A program made the translations under genes and the position numbers. A DNA stretch of 64,000 nt from the NCBI GenBank assembly GCA_046538235.1, contig JBKHJG010000007.1, forward strand, positions 10,517 to 74,516. The letters run 5' to 3'. The notes under the pieces are model-generated. The model was given only the letters and a program-made list of their open reading frames with translations. It was not told where the DNA came from and ran no database searches. The stretch comes from Dehalococcoidia bacterium (lineage in GTDB: Bacteria > Chloroflexota > Dehalococcoidia > GIF9 > AB-539-J10). This document shows positions 8,809 through 15,792 of this stretch, in pieces (positions within the stretch are counted from its first letter, which is position 1; every line of letters begins with the position of its first letter).

Positions 8809-9225
8809 TCAACATTGAGCCTGAGATATCTTGTGCCCGACGAACTCGACGACCTCGGCAGCCATGGCGACAGCGCCCGTGGCAGCCTCAGATGTGAAGA
8901 CTCTGGCAGGGATGCCATCGGGCAGGCTGTTGGGATACCTGCTGGTTACATAGTAGCCATCAAGTATTGACCACGTCTTAGCTCGCGTGGCGAACTCCCC
9001 ATCCAACCGCGCAGCTGCAGCGCACAGCCTTTCCACCGAGTGCCCGATGACAAGCTCCTCTCCCCGGGCATAAAGGAAGGCTTTGAGGGCCTTCTCTGCC
9101 ACCTGCTGTGCCAGGAAACAGGCGATGTGATAGCCGCCTTGCCTGGCGAGCTCACGTGACCACTTCAGATCCTCTGAAGCCTGCTCCAGCCACCTCCTGC
9201 CCTCTTCAAGCGGCTCGTTTCTCAT
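8809..9225 (-). CDS. HEPN domain protein
   Basis: WLEQASEDL, ACFLAQQVAEKALKAFL, GHSVERL, YVTSRYPN; start MRNEP assumed. Confidence 0.9.
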   Translation of the reverse strand: MRNEPLEEGRRWLEQASEDLKWSRELARQGGYHIACFLAQQVAEKALKAFLYARGEELVIGHSVERLCAAAARLDGEFATRAKTWSILDGYYVTSRYPNSLPDGIPARVFTSEAATGAVAMAAEVVEFVGHKISQAQC

Positions 9226-9559
9226 ATAACACAACCTCATCGGCCAGCGCTTTTCGCAGAAAAGGGGTCTCCCTCATCCTCTCGAACTCCTGCGGAGTGT
9301 AGCAGAGTATGTCGGCATCGACAGGAAGAGCAAGAAGCCCGTGGATCTCCGCTATCCTCTCGGGGAATGCCTTATCCGACTCCATTACGACAAGGACGTC
9401 CAGGTCCGTAAGAAGGTCACTCCGGCCCCTGGCATATGAGCCAAACAGGCTGATCCTGTGCACATCGAGGTGGGACAGCCTGGTCACTATCTCGGAGGCC
9501 GAATGGTGCAGAAGCCTGCGGTACTCCCGCCTCCTCCGCACCAGCTCTCTGCTATTCAT
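9206..9559 (-). CDS. Minimal nucleotidyltransferase (MNT) partner of HEPN
   Basis: LFGSYARG...TDLDVLVV, VDADILCYTPQEF; overlaps the HEPN gene; TGgTATAAT at 9568-9576, 8 nt before the ATG. Confidence 0.9.
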   Translation of the reverse strand: MNSRELVRRRREYRRLLHHSASEIVTRLSHLDVHRISLFGSYARGRSDLLTDLDVLVVMESDKAFPERIAEIHGLLALPVDADILCYTPQEFERMRETPFLRKALADEVVLYEKRAA

Positions 9560-9609
9560 ACGTTACTATTATACCACCGGACGGGAGAAGCCGGGTCGTG
9601 GCAGACCTC

Positions 9610-9662
9610 GGGTTGCTTGGTTTGTCCCCATGTGATGCGGGATCTCCGACAGGAGTCGCGAG
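9610..9662 (+). repeat. Degenerate 9-mers plus degenerate copy of the 38-bp element
   Basis: gggttgctt ggttt, then gtccccatgtgatgcgggatctccgac, 21/27 identical to gtcccgataccatgcgcgatccccgac at 13125. Confidence 0.65.
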
Positions 9663-9752
9663 TCATCGGACCTCGGCTGCGCCGGGATTGCGTTTGTTGG
9701 CTCTAGGGAGCATTGCCCAGCCGGACCGAACAGTCCCCACGGCATGTTCCCA

Positions 9753-10097
9753 TTAAACAAACAAAGTCACCAGCTTCGCCAGCACCTCGGAGACTGTCTC
9801 AGTCGCCAGCGTGCATATCAATTCCGCATTTCGGGCACGCCAATCCAGGTTCTTGACCTGGTCAGATAAGATTGCCCCCACTACCGGCAACCCCGCTGGA
9901 AGAGGTACCTCGAAAGGGTACCCTTTGACCTGGCGGGTAATGGGGCAAAGGATAGCCAGCCCCGTCTTACGATTGTAGGCTTTGGGTGACAATACTACCA
10001 CAGGACGACGTCCTGCCTGTTCATGACCGGCCTGGGGCGTCAGGGTAATCCACAGCACATCGCCGCGTTCAGGGACATAGGATGGAACTTCTACCAC
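9753..10097 (-). CDS. mazF: MazF endoribonuclease toxin
   Basis: YVPERGDVLWI...PQAGHEQAGRRPVVVLSP..YN, CPITRQVKGYPFEV, DQVKNLDWRAR. Confidence 0.95.
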   Translation of the reverse strand: MVEVPSYVPERGDVLWITLTPQAGHEQAGRRPVVVLSPKAYNRKTGLAILCPITRQVKGYPFEVPLPAGLPVVGAILSDQVKNLDWRARNAELICTLATETVSEVLAKLVTLFV

Positions 10098-10333
10098 GTC
10101 TCGTTCCCTACGGCAGGACCGGCATCGATCTCGGGATGCAGGTTCTCCCCGGTGACCCCGGCCAGAAGTTGCTCAAGAGTGAGCTCCTGCCTGGTTACCG
10201 GGGTTATCACAATCTTCCCATCAGCCAGCGATACCTCAACAGATGTCTCCTTGCGGAGCCCTACCTCATCGGCCAGCAATTTGGGTATGCGCAAAGCAAG
10301 GCTGTTACCCCATTTCTGAACACGCGTTTTCAT
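10091..10333 (-). CDS. mazE: MazE/AbrB antitoxin
   Basis: VQKWGNSLALRIPK, TLEQLLAGVTGENLHPEID.GPAVGNE.W. Confidence 0.95.
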   Translation of the reverse strand: MKTRVQKWGNSLALRIPKLLADEVGLRKETSVEVSLADGKIVITPVTRQELTLEQLLAGVTGENLHPEIDAGPAVGNETW

Positions 10334-10351
10334 ATAAGGCCTCCACCTGTA

Positions 10352-10359
10352 GTATATAC
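10352..10359. promoter_or_regulatory. GTATATAC palindrome upstream of mazE; candidate autoregulatory operator
   Basis: Perfect palindrome just upstream of the GGAGG RBS of mazE. Confidence 0.4.
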
Positions 10360-10395
10360 AAGGATGATACTCTTTGTGCGGACATTTGTCGAATT

Positions 10396-10422
10396 GGGTT
10401 CGTTGGGTTCGTTGAGTTTGTC
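10396..10422 (+). repeat. 9-bp repeat x3 abutting the hicA stop
   Basis: gggttcgtt gggttcgtt gagtttgtc. Confidence 0.85.
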
Positions 10423-10651
10423 ATTCCTTCAGCAGCTCACTGAATTTTTCGATGGAAATATACGCATCGCGTACTAAAGACCTCAGCAATCCACGATCCA
10501 AAACCTTATGTTCCGGGATAGACAAAGTGGTGACCATGCCTTGCTTCTTCATGATGATATGCCTGGTTCTAGCTCTCCTCACAACCCTCCACCCATCCCT
10601 CTCAAAGGCCCTGACGGCTTCCCTGCCTGAAATTACCGGCAATTTTGCCAT
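10421..10651 (-). CDS. hicA: HicA family toxin
   Basis: LPVISGREAVRAFERDGW, H.IMKK, LSIPEHKVLDRGLLRSLVRDA. Confidence 0.9.
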   Translation of the reverse strand: MAKLPVISGREAVRAFERDGWRVVRRARTRHIIMKKQGMVTTLSIPEHKVLDRGLLRSLVRDAYISIEKFSELLKE

Positions 10652-10857
10652 TACACTGCTATCTCGATGGAAGCTAGCTCTTTTGTCTCCGAGATTAAAT
10701 CTTCATCCAGAGCAGATAAACACCCTCTAATAGCATCCTTGATGTTCTCAATTGCCTCCTCTATGGTATTACCCTGAGAATGACAGCCTGGAATAGCAGG
10801 GCAATGTGCTACATAGCCAAAATCCTCACCCTTTTCAATCACTATTCTGTAAACCAT
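10651..10857 (-). CDS. hicB: HicB family antitoxin
   Basis: YVAHCPAIPGCHSQGNTIEEAIENIKDAI; TAATG coupling; AT-richer than flanks. Confidence 0.92.
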   Translation of the reverse strand: MVYRIVIEKGEDFGYVAHCPAIPGCHSQGNTIEEAIENIKDAIRGCLSALDEDLISETKELASIEIAV

Positions 10858-10965
10858 TTGTTACTCCTTCATCACCTAACGGAATCTTGTCGCTGAATTC
10901 CTTTTTTATGCTATATCACCCTCCCCGACGTTGTCAAAGCAAGGACGGCTTGCCGATGAGCGGTT

Positions 10966-11055
10966 GGGTTCCTTGAGTTTGTTGGGTTGGTTGGGTTGCT
11001 CGCGTTCGTTGGGTTTGTTGAGTTTGTTGAGTTTGTTGAGTTTGTTGAGTTGCTG
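10966..11055 (+). repeat. 9-bp repeat x10
   Basis: gggttcctt gagtttgtt gggttggtt gggttgctc gcgttcgtt gggtttgtt (gagtttgtt)x3 gagttgctg. Confidence 0.95.
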
Positions 11056-11142
11056 TGGCGTCGCGCGCTTGTCAACCAGGCGACAGAACCTGATGAGGCG
11101 TCTTGCGGCCCTTCTTCCTCCGAACCGAATAGACTGAGTACA

Positions 11143-11349
11143 TCAATCGCCCCACCATTCCAGGGCCTTGTGCTGAAGCTCTACCGAGGTATACCGGTCC
11201 CCTAACTCCCGTAACGCCCCCCTCCACTGAAGCTTCAGCTCCCCTCTCTCCCCGGCGTCCCGCTTCTGCAGCAAGAACTCCACAAAGCTCTTGGCCTCTT
11301 CCTGAAGATCGGGCGGCAACTGCTCCAGCAACTCCCTTAGCGTCGGCAT
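11143..11349 (-). CDS. DUF2281-like putative antitoxin (orphan)
   Basis: MPTLRELLEQLPPDLQEEAKSFVEFLLQK...LKLQWRGALREL..RYTSVELQHKALEWWGD; AAGGAGG RBS. Confidence 0.8.
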   Translation of the reverse strand: MPTLRELLEQLPPDLQEEAKSFVEFLLQKRDAGERGELKLQWRGALRELGDRYTSVELQHKALEWWGD

Positions 11350-11470
11350 TGATAGCCTCCTTGCATATATCTGATCCTTGGTCCTTCGCAGGCACAGGTC
11401 AGGCTGCGCCACTACCAGAATTATACGCTGTTCCCGGCTGCCAGCAAACCGGTACACGTCGACCGGCACC

Positions 11471-11663
11471 GAGTTCGTCCCGATACCACGCCGGACCGCC
11501 GACTGCGTCGGGGCTGGGTTCATTGAGTTTGCTGAGTTTGTCCCGATACCATGCGCGATCCCCAACTACATCGGCACGCAGTTCGTTGAGTTCGTTGGGT
11601 CAATTCGCAGCGATCGGCGAATACTGAACATTGAGTGGCGACTCAGTTCGGTGGGTTCATTGC
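11471..11663 (+). repeat. Two 38-bp hairpin elements (11477-11514, 11540-11577) embedded in 9-mer repeats
   Basis: gtcccgataccacgccggaccgccgactgcgtcggggc and gtcccgataccatgcgcgatccccaactacatcggcac; 9-mers at 11516-11542, 11579-11596, 11644-11661. Confidence 0.85.
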
Positions 11664-11674
11664 GTCTGGCGGGG

Positions 11675-11893
11675 CTAGGTACAGGAAGGCACCAGGTTTT
11701 CCAGCGACACGCCTCTATCTTTGAGTCCCGGGCTCAACTCGCTGGCATCCAGCACCTCCAGCGCCACAATGCGCTCACCCGGCCCGATGTCCACCGCTAC
11801 CTGATCATTGAGACGGATCACCTCGCACTGCACCCGTTCCTATATGAAACGGATTGTCAACGCATCTACGCTGGGATCATAAACGATCTTCAT
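11675..11893 (-). pseudogene. DUF2283-like gene with an in-frame TAG at codon 18
   Basis: MKIVYDPSVDALTIRFI*ERVQCEVIRLNDQVAVDIGPGERIVALEVLDASELSPGLKDRGVSLENLVPSCT*; GGAGGTG RBS at 11903-11909; stop at 11840-11842. Confidence 0.8.
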
Positions 11894-11927
11894 CTCTGCC
11901 ATCACCTCCCTCAGACCGGCCAGGGCC

Positions 11928-12000
11928 AGCAATCTCAACCCACTCAACAAACCCAGGCAACTCCAGCAACCAGTTCACCATTCACTATTTATTGTTCACT
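11928..12000 (-). repeat. 9-mer (x4) and 7-mer (x4) repeats in inverted orientation
   Basis: agcaatctc aacccactc aacaaaccc aggcaactc (11928-11963); gttcacc attcact atttatt gttcact (11973-12000). Confidence 0.75.
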
Positions 12001-12048
12001 CGCTCCCCCGATAGCCATCCTTGCGGTGCCCGCTGCCACTAACAGCTC

Positions 12049-12074
12049 GTAGGGGAGGGTCTTGTGCCCTCCCC
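12049..12074 (+). repeat. GTAG-type REP-like hairpin
   Basis: gta-ggggaggg-tcttgtg-ccctcccc: 5' GTAG with a perfect 8-bp stem. Confidence 0.65.
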
Positions 12075-12217
12075 AAACCCTGAATCCACCAACTACGTGT
12101 GACATTATTCACTTGACTGAATGCGGACCTCATGTTATCGTCTATTTATTAGAACTCTTGTACTAACCTGCTGCCCGGTCCGGCAAACCCAGCCAGCCGG
12201 GTGAGGTTTCCAGGAGA

Positions 12218-12586
12218 TTGACTGCTAACATGACACAAAACAAAAGGAACCGCGGCGGCCAGAAAGGCAATCAGAATGCCCGTAAACACGGCTTCTATTC
12301 CTCTACCCTCAGCCCCGACGAAGCATCCCGGCTCCGCACCATCACGGAACTGGAAGGCGTTGACCCCCAGATAGCGCTCCTCCGCGTCAAGCTCCAGGCT
12401 TCCCTTCAGCATGACCCCGGTAACCGCCGCGTCCTCAGAGAAGCCTCTGCATTGCTTGCAACATGGTATGCTGCCGAATACGGGTTGGACTCGACCGACC
12501 GCAACTACCTCAGAACCGTCATCGAGAATACTCTGGAAAACACCTTAATACATCACTCTGATACCCTGACCGGCCCACGCACATGA
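12218..12586 (+). CDS. Hypothetical protein with GGQxGNxNAxKHG motif
   Basis: RGGQKGNQNARKHGFYS, a motif seen at the N-terminus of terminase-small-subunit-like proteins; start may be ATG 12230. Confidence 0.7.
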   Translation: MTANMTQNKRNRGGQKGNQNARKHGFYSSTLSPDEASRLRTITELEGVDPQIALLRVKLQASLQHDPGNRRVLREASALLATWYAAEYGLDSTDRNYLRTVIENTLENTLIHHSDTLTGPRT

Positions 12587-12601
12587 ACAGACGATCCTTA
12601 C

Positions 12602-12798
12602 CAAACGAATCGAGTGTACTTTAACAACTGAATATGCCCCGGGCCGGCGCCTCGCCCAGCACCCCTGACAAGACCAACCCTCCACAAGACGAATCAAAGC
12701 TACCATGACAGTCCAATCTCCCTCCGGTGCTCCGCCCCACTCACCAAAAGGCGCCGCTTAAACCCCGGATAAGAATCCATTCCGCAAAACGAATCGAA
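12602..12798 (+). repeat. Three dispersed copies of ARACGAATCRA
   Basis: aaacgaatcga (12603), agacgaatcaa (12687), aaacgaatcga (12787). Confidence 0.6.
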
Positions 12799-12897
12799 TG
12801 CAGTCCAGCAACCGACCACCCCCCCCGCCCTCGGTGAGAACGTTCGGCCCTGCGGGTGAGTACCAGGCAGTCGAGGTAGCCGACGGGAGAAACAAGC

Positions 12898-12922
12898 GGT
12901 AACTGGTGACTAGTGACTGGTC
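12898..12922 (+). repeat. 7-bp repeat x3; 17 bp identical to 5785-5801
   Basis: ggtaact ggtgact agtgact ggtc; gtgactagtgactggtc occurs at both 12906 and 5785. Confidence 0.85.
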
Positions 12923-12932
12923 TTGAGAGCTG

Positions 12933-13004
12933 CTTGACACCACGCCTCAGAACCTCGTACAGCCCTTCTCTTGTCCCAATCATGAGCACGAGCACGATGG
13001 TTCT
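12933..13004 (-). pseudogene. Probable C-terminal remnant of a RelE/ParE toxin
   Basis: RTIVLVLMIGTREGLYEVLRRGVK resembles the RelE-family end (V.V..IG.RE..Y..L.R); upstream sequence is unrelated. Confidence 0.5.
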
Positions 13005-13124
13005 GACAGCCCCGGCGAATCTGCCAGTATACGTTGGCCTGTCATTCAAGGAACAGCTCCGCCTGGCCAGCGTCGGCTGCTCGGCCCGGTCCCCGGCCGC
13101 CCGGTCCCTTGAGCCCATTCATCT

Positions 13125-13184
13125 GTCCCGATACCATGCGCGATCCCCGACTACATCGGGGCTAAGTTCATTGGGTTCGTTGGG
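13125..13184 (+). repeat. 38-bp hairpin element plus 9-mers just downstream of the aglB stop
   Basis: gtcccgataccatgcgcgatccccgactacatcggggc (35/38 identical to 11540-11577), then aagttcatt gggttcgtt ggg. Confidence 0.9.
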
Positions 13185-13197
13185 TGAGAGGTGCCGT

Positions 13198-15537
13198 TCA
13201 GGGGCCGAGGTACTCGAAGACCTTGACGGGGCGGGTGCCCTCGGTCTGGTAGATGAGCTGATAGCTCTGCAGTGCTTCCAGTGGCACCGGGCTCTTGAAG
13301 GGGTCGGGACTGACGATAATGTAGTTGTCACCGGTCTGATCGGCCAGATATGCCGCGGCCTCCTCGTAGGTATCGAAGAACTGGGCGCTGGTGATCTCCT
13401 TGTAGGGCACTCCTCCGGGCGCCGTTTTCCCCTGGTAAGAGATGACGATTGACTCCTCGGGAACGACGGCCTGACCATCGAAGTTATAGAGCCTGGCCAC
13501 CATGGACCGGTAGTAGTGCTCGTGATAGAGGGTTATGGGGGACAGGTTGCCATCCTCCGTGCGCTGGTAATAGACATCGAAGTAGTCGCTCCGGTTGAGC
13601 CCGGCCCACTCGACCATGGCGTAGAACTTGCCGGTAGGCATGGTGTAGTCGATGACCACGTATCTGGTGCCCAGCTCATCCAGCTGCTCGCTGGCGGAGG
13701 TCTCATTGAGGGAGGTGAAGTAGCGGCCGGCCCGCGGGGCCCCGGACTGCGTGGGGTTTGCATTGGGCAGGCGGTGGCCGATCTGCGTTATGAAGTAACC
13801 GTAGTCCCACCAGGACATGACTCCGTAGGCGGTCTCGGGATATTCGAAGTCACCCCTGGACGGGTATAGCTCGTAGTAATAGTCGGGGCCGCCGAAGGGC
13901 TCGGGGCTGTTCTCCCTCAGCCAGTCAAGCGATTCATACCACTCGCCATGTATGACGAAGTTGGGCTGGCCCGCCAGCCTCCTTGTGTTGGGGATGTTGG
14001 GGAAGAAGACCAGGAAGAAGAGGGCTATGCCCACAACAATGACCAGCAGCCAGGTCCCCCGGGGCTGCATGAACGTTCCTTTGCTTGCCTTCTCACGGGC
14101 CTTCTTCTTCCTCTTCTTGAACTCCCTGACAGCCGCCACGGCTTCCCCGGGCCGGGTCAGCAGCCTGTTCAGGCCGGCCAGGTCCAGCATCTTCCAGGTG
14201 AAGTACCCTGTGAGCAGGGCCGCATTGACGGCGAAGTAGTAGCCAAAGCGGCGCTGCCCCAGCACGGCCATGAGCATGACGATGCTCCAGATGAGGAAGA
14301 CGGTCTTGTGGGCGCTCTTCTCTCTGACGGTGGCAAAGGCCAGCATGAAGAGCGCGATGAAGGAGATGAAGAAGGAGGTGGTGAAGTTGGCCCAGGCTAT
14401 CTGAAAGGAGAAATTCCCTCCGGGGAAGAGGATGGGCTGCGCCTCCATGATGGTGAGACTGGCGCCGGCGGGGGAGAAGATGCTGAACAGGCCCCGCATG
14501 GAACGAAACAGACCGGGACTGATGCCATAGAGGACGGCCAGGCTTATGCCGGCCAGCACGAGCAGAGTCAAGGGATAGTAGAGGGGTCTCAAGCGCCTGC
14601 CCTGCATAAGGCGGGAGATGAGGGCCAGAGCTATGGGCGCCAGGATGGCAATGGACATGGCCAGGCGATAGACAGACTCCCGGCCACCCTGGCCCAGGAC
14701 GGGCAGGAGCATGATAAAGGCAAGGAGGAAGAGGGGAGTGCCCACGATGCAGAGGTAGTCTGGCGATCTGCGCCGGAGGTGGTCGACGATGAACTGGACC
14801 AGCAGGCAGGCGAAGATGATGAAGATGAACATCAGTCCACCCACCCAGGTGAGGAGATAGAAGCCGAGGAACAGGCCGGCGAGCAGGGCATAGACCAGGG
14901 GTCGGGACAGGGCCGACCAGTCCCTGGCCAGCAGATGGCGAAAGGTGATGTCCCTTTCCCGGGCGCGCTTGATGGCCATGATGAAAAAGAGCATGGACGT
15001 GGTGCTGAACAGCACCTCAGCGACATGGTGATCGGTGAAGCCGAGCAGAGAGCGGTGCAGAAACTCGCCGGGGAGGATGGCGATCAGGGCAGCCGCCAGC
15101 AGGCCCGCCCAGCGGTTGAACAATTCCCTGCCGATGAAGTAGGCGGGGATGAGGGTCAGGGCCCCCAGGACGGCCGGCATGTAGGCGCCCACGGTCTCAA
15201 TGGTCTGCAGAGAGGGCACGCCCGAGGTGACCAGCCGCACGATGCCGGCGATGAGCCAGGCAAAGAAGGGGCGGTGGAGGCCGATGCTGCCGCCGGGGTA
15301 GAGCATGTAGGGGTCGAAGCTATTGAAGTGCGGGAAGTTGCGGACCAGGTTCTCTATGTGGCGTATGTAGTAGTAGGCGTCTGTATCCCGGAACCAGACC
15401 CAGTCCTTGACGAAGACCTGGTCGTAGGGCAGGGCGATCCGGATATAGAGGGCCAGGCCAAAGAGGGCGGCCAGGACTATACCCGCTATGGCTTCCGGGG
15501 GAAGCTTAAACCCCGGCCGTGGACTTTGCTCGCTCAT
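13198..15537 (-). CDS. aglB: Oligosaccharyltransferase STT3, archaeal AglB-like
   Basis: DTDAYY, GFTDHH, MEAQP, QRRF.YY, SWWDYG, NANPTQ; many TM helices. Confidence 0.92.
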   Translation of the reverse strand: MSEQSPRPGFKLPPEAIAGIVLAALFGLALYIRIALPYDQVFVKDWVWFRDTDAYYYIRHIENLVRNFPHFNSFDPYMLYPGGSIGLHRPFFAWLIAGIVRLVTSGVPSLQTIETVGAYMPAVLGALTLIPAYFIGRELFNRWAGLLAAALIAILPGEFLHRSLLGFTDHHVAEVLFSTTSMLFFIMAIKRARERDITFRHLLARDWSALSRPLVYALLAGLFLGFYLLTWVGGLMFIFIIFACLLVQFIVDHLRRRSPDYLCIVGTPLFLLAFIMLLPVLGQGGRESVYRLAMSIAILAPIALALISRLMQGRRLRPLYYPLTLLVLAGISLAVLYGISPGLFRSMRGLFSIFSPAGASLTIMEAQPILFPGGNFSFQIAWANFTTSFFISFIALFMLAFATVREKSAHKTVFLIWSIVMLMAVLGQRRFGYYFAVNAALLTGYFTWKMLDLAGLNRLLTRPGEAVAAVREFKKRKKKAREKASKGTFMQPRGTWLLVIVVGIALFFLVFFPNIPNTRRLAGQPNFVIHGEWYESLDWLRENSPEPFGGPDYYYELYPSRGDFEYPETAYGVMSWWDYGYFITQIGHRLPNANPTQSGAPRAGRYFTSLNETSASEQLDELGTRYVVIDYTMPTGKFYAMVEWAGLNRSDYFDVYYQRTEDGNLSPITLYHEHYYRSMVARLYNFDGQAVVPEESIVISYQGKTAPGGVPYKEITSAQFFDTYEEAAAYLADQTGDNYIIVSPDPFKSPVPLEALQSYQLIYQTEGTRPVKVFEYLGP

Positions 15538-15792
15538 GATCGATTGTGCAGTGATGACGCGGCTATGGCCCGAATATGCTGCCCATTATAAACTTACCCG
15601 GCTGGAGATTACAATAGAACACGCCCTGCAGGGAGCAGTCACCCTCATCTTCCCGATCAGGTCGGGGTCTTCGTTAGTCGTCTCCTACAAGGGAGAGGAT
15701 GGCTGTGCCGGAGATAGTGAAGGGGCATGGCAGGGGCCGGACGGGCGGGGCTTTCTGTTGTACCCCGGGCCAGACTTGGCTATAATTGGGCA

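Noticed and set aside
5990-11055. DGR template repeat (AAC-rich on the minus strand)
   Set aside because: No reverse transcriptase, and no long TR/VR pair differing only at adenines.
7243-11663. CRISPR or guide-RNA array
   Set aside because: Units are contiguous degenerate 9-mers without unique spacers, the 38-bp copies are irregularly spaced, and no cas operon is present.
11840-11842. Pyrrolysine read-through of the in-frame TAG
   Set aside because: No pyl genes in view; a GAG-to-TAG nonsense change in a decaying module is simpler.
4976-13184. Integron attC sites: the 9-mer contains GTTRRRY (gttgagt, gttgggt)
   Set aside because: Cores are tandem on one strand with no paired RYYYAAC...GTTRRRY hairpin, and there is no intI in the window.
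7063-15591. Long + strand ORFs 7063-8280, 11378-12052 and 13948-15591, and FVEFVG/LLSLLG peptides
   Set aside because: Antisense shadows of real genes or translations of the repeats; no protein motifs.
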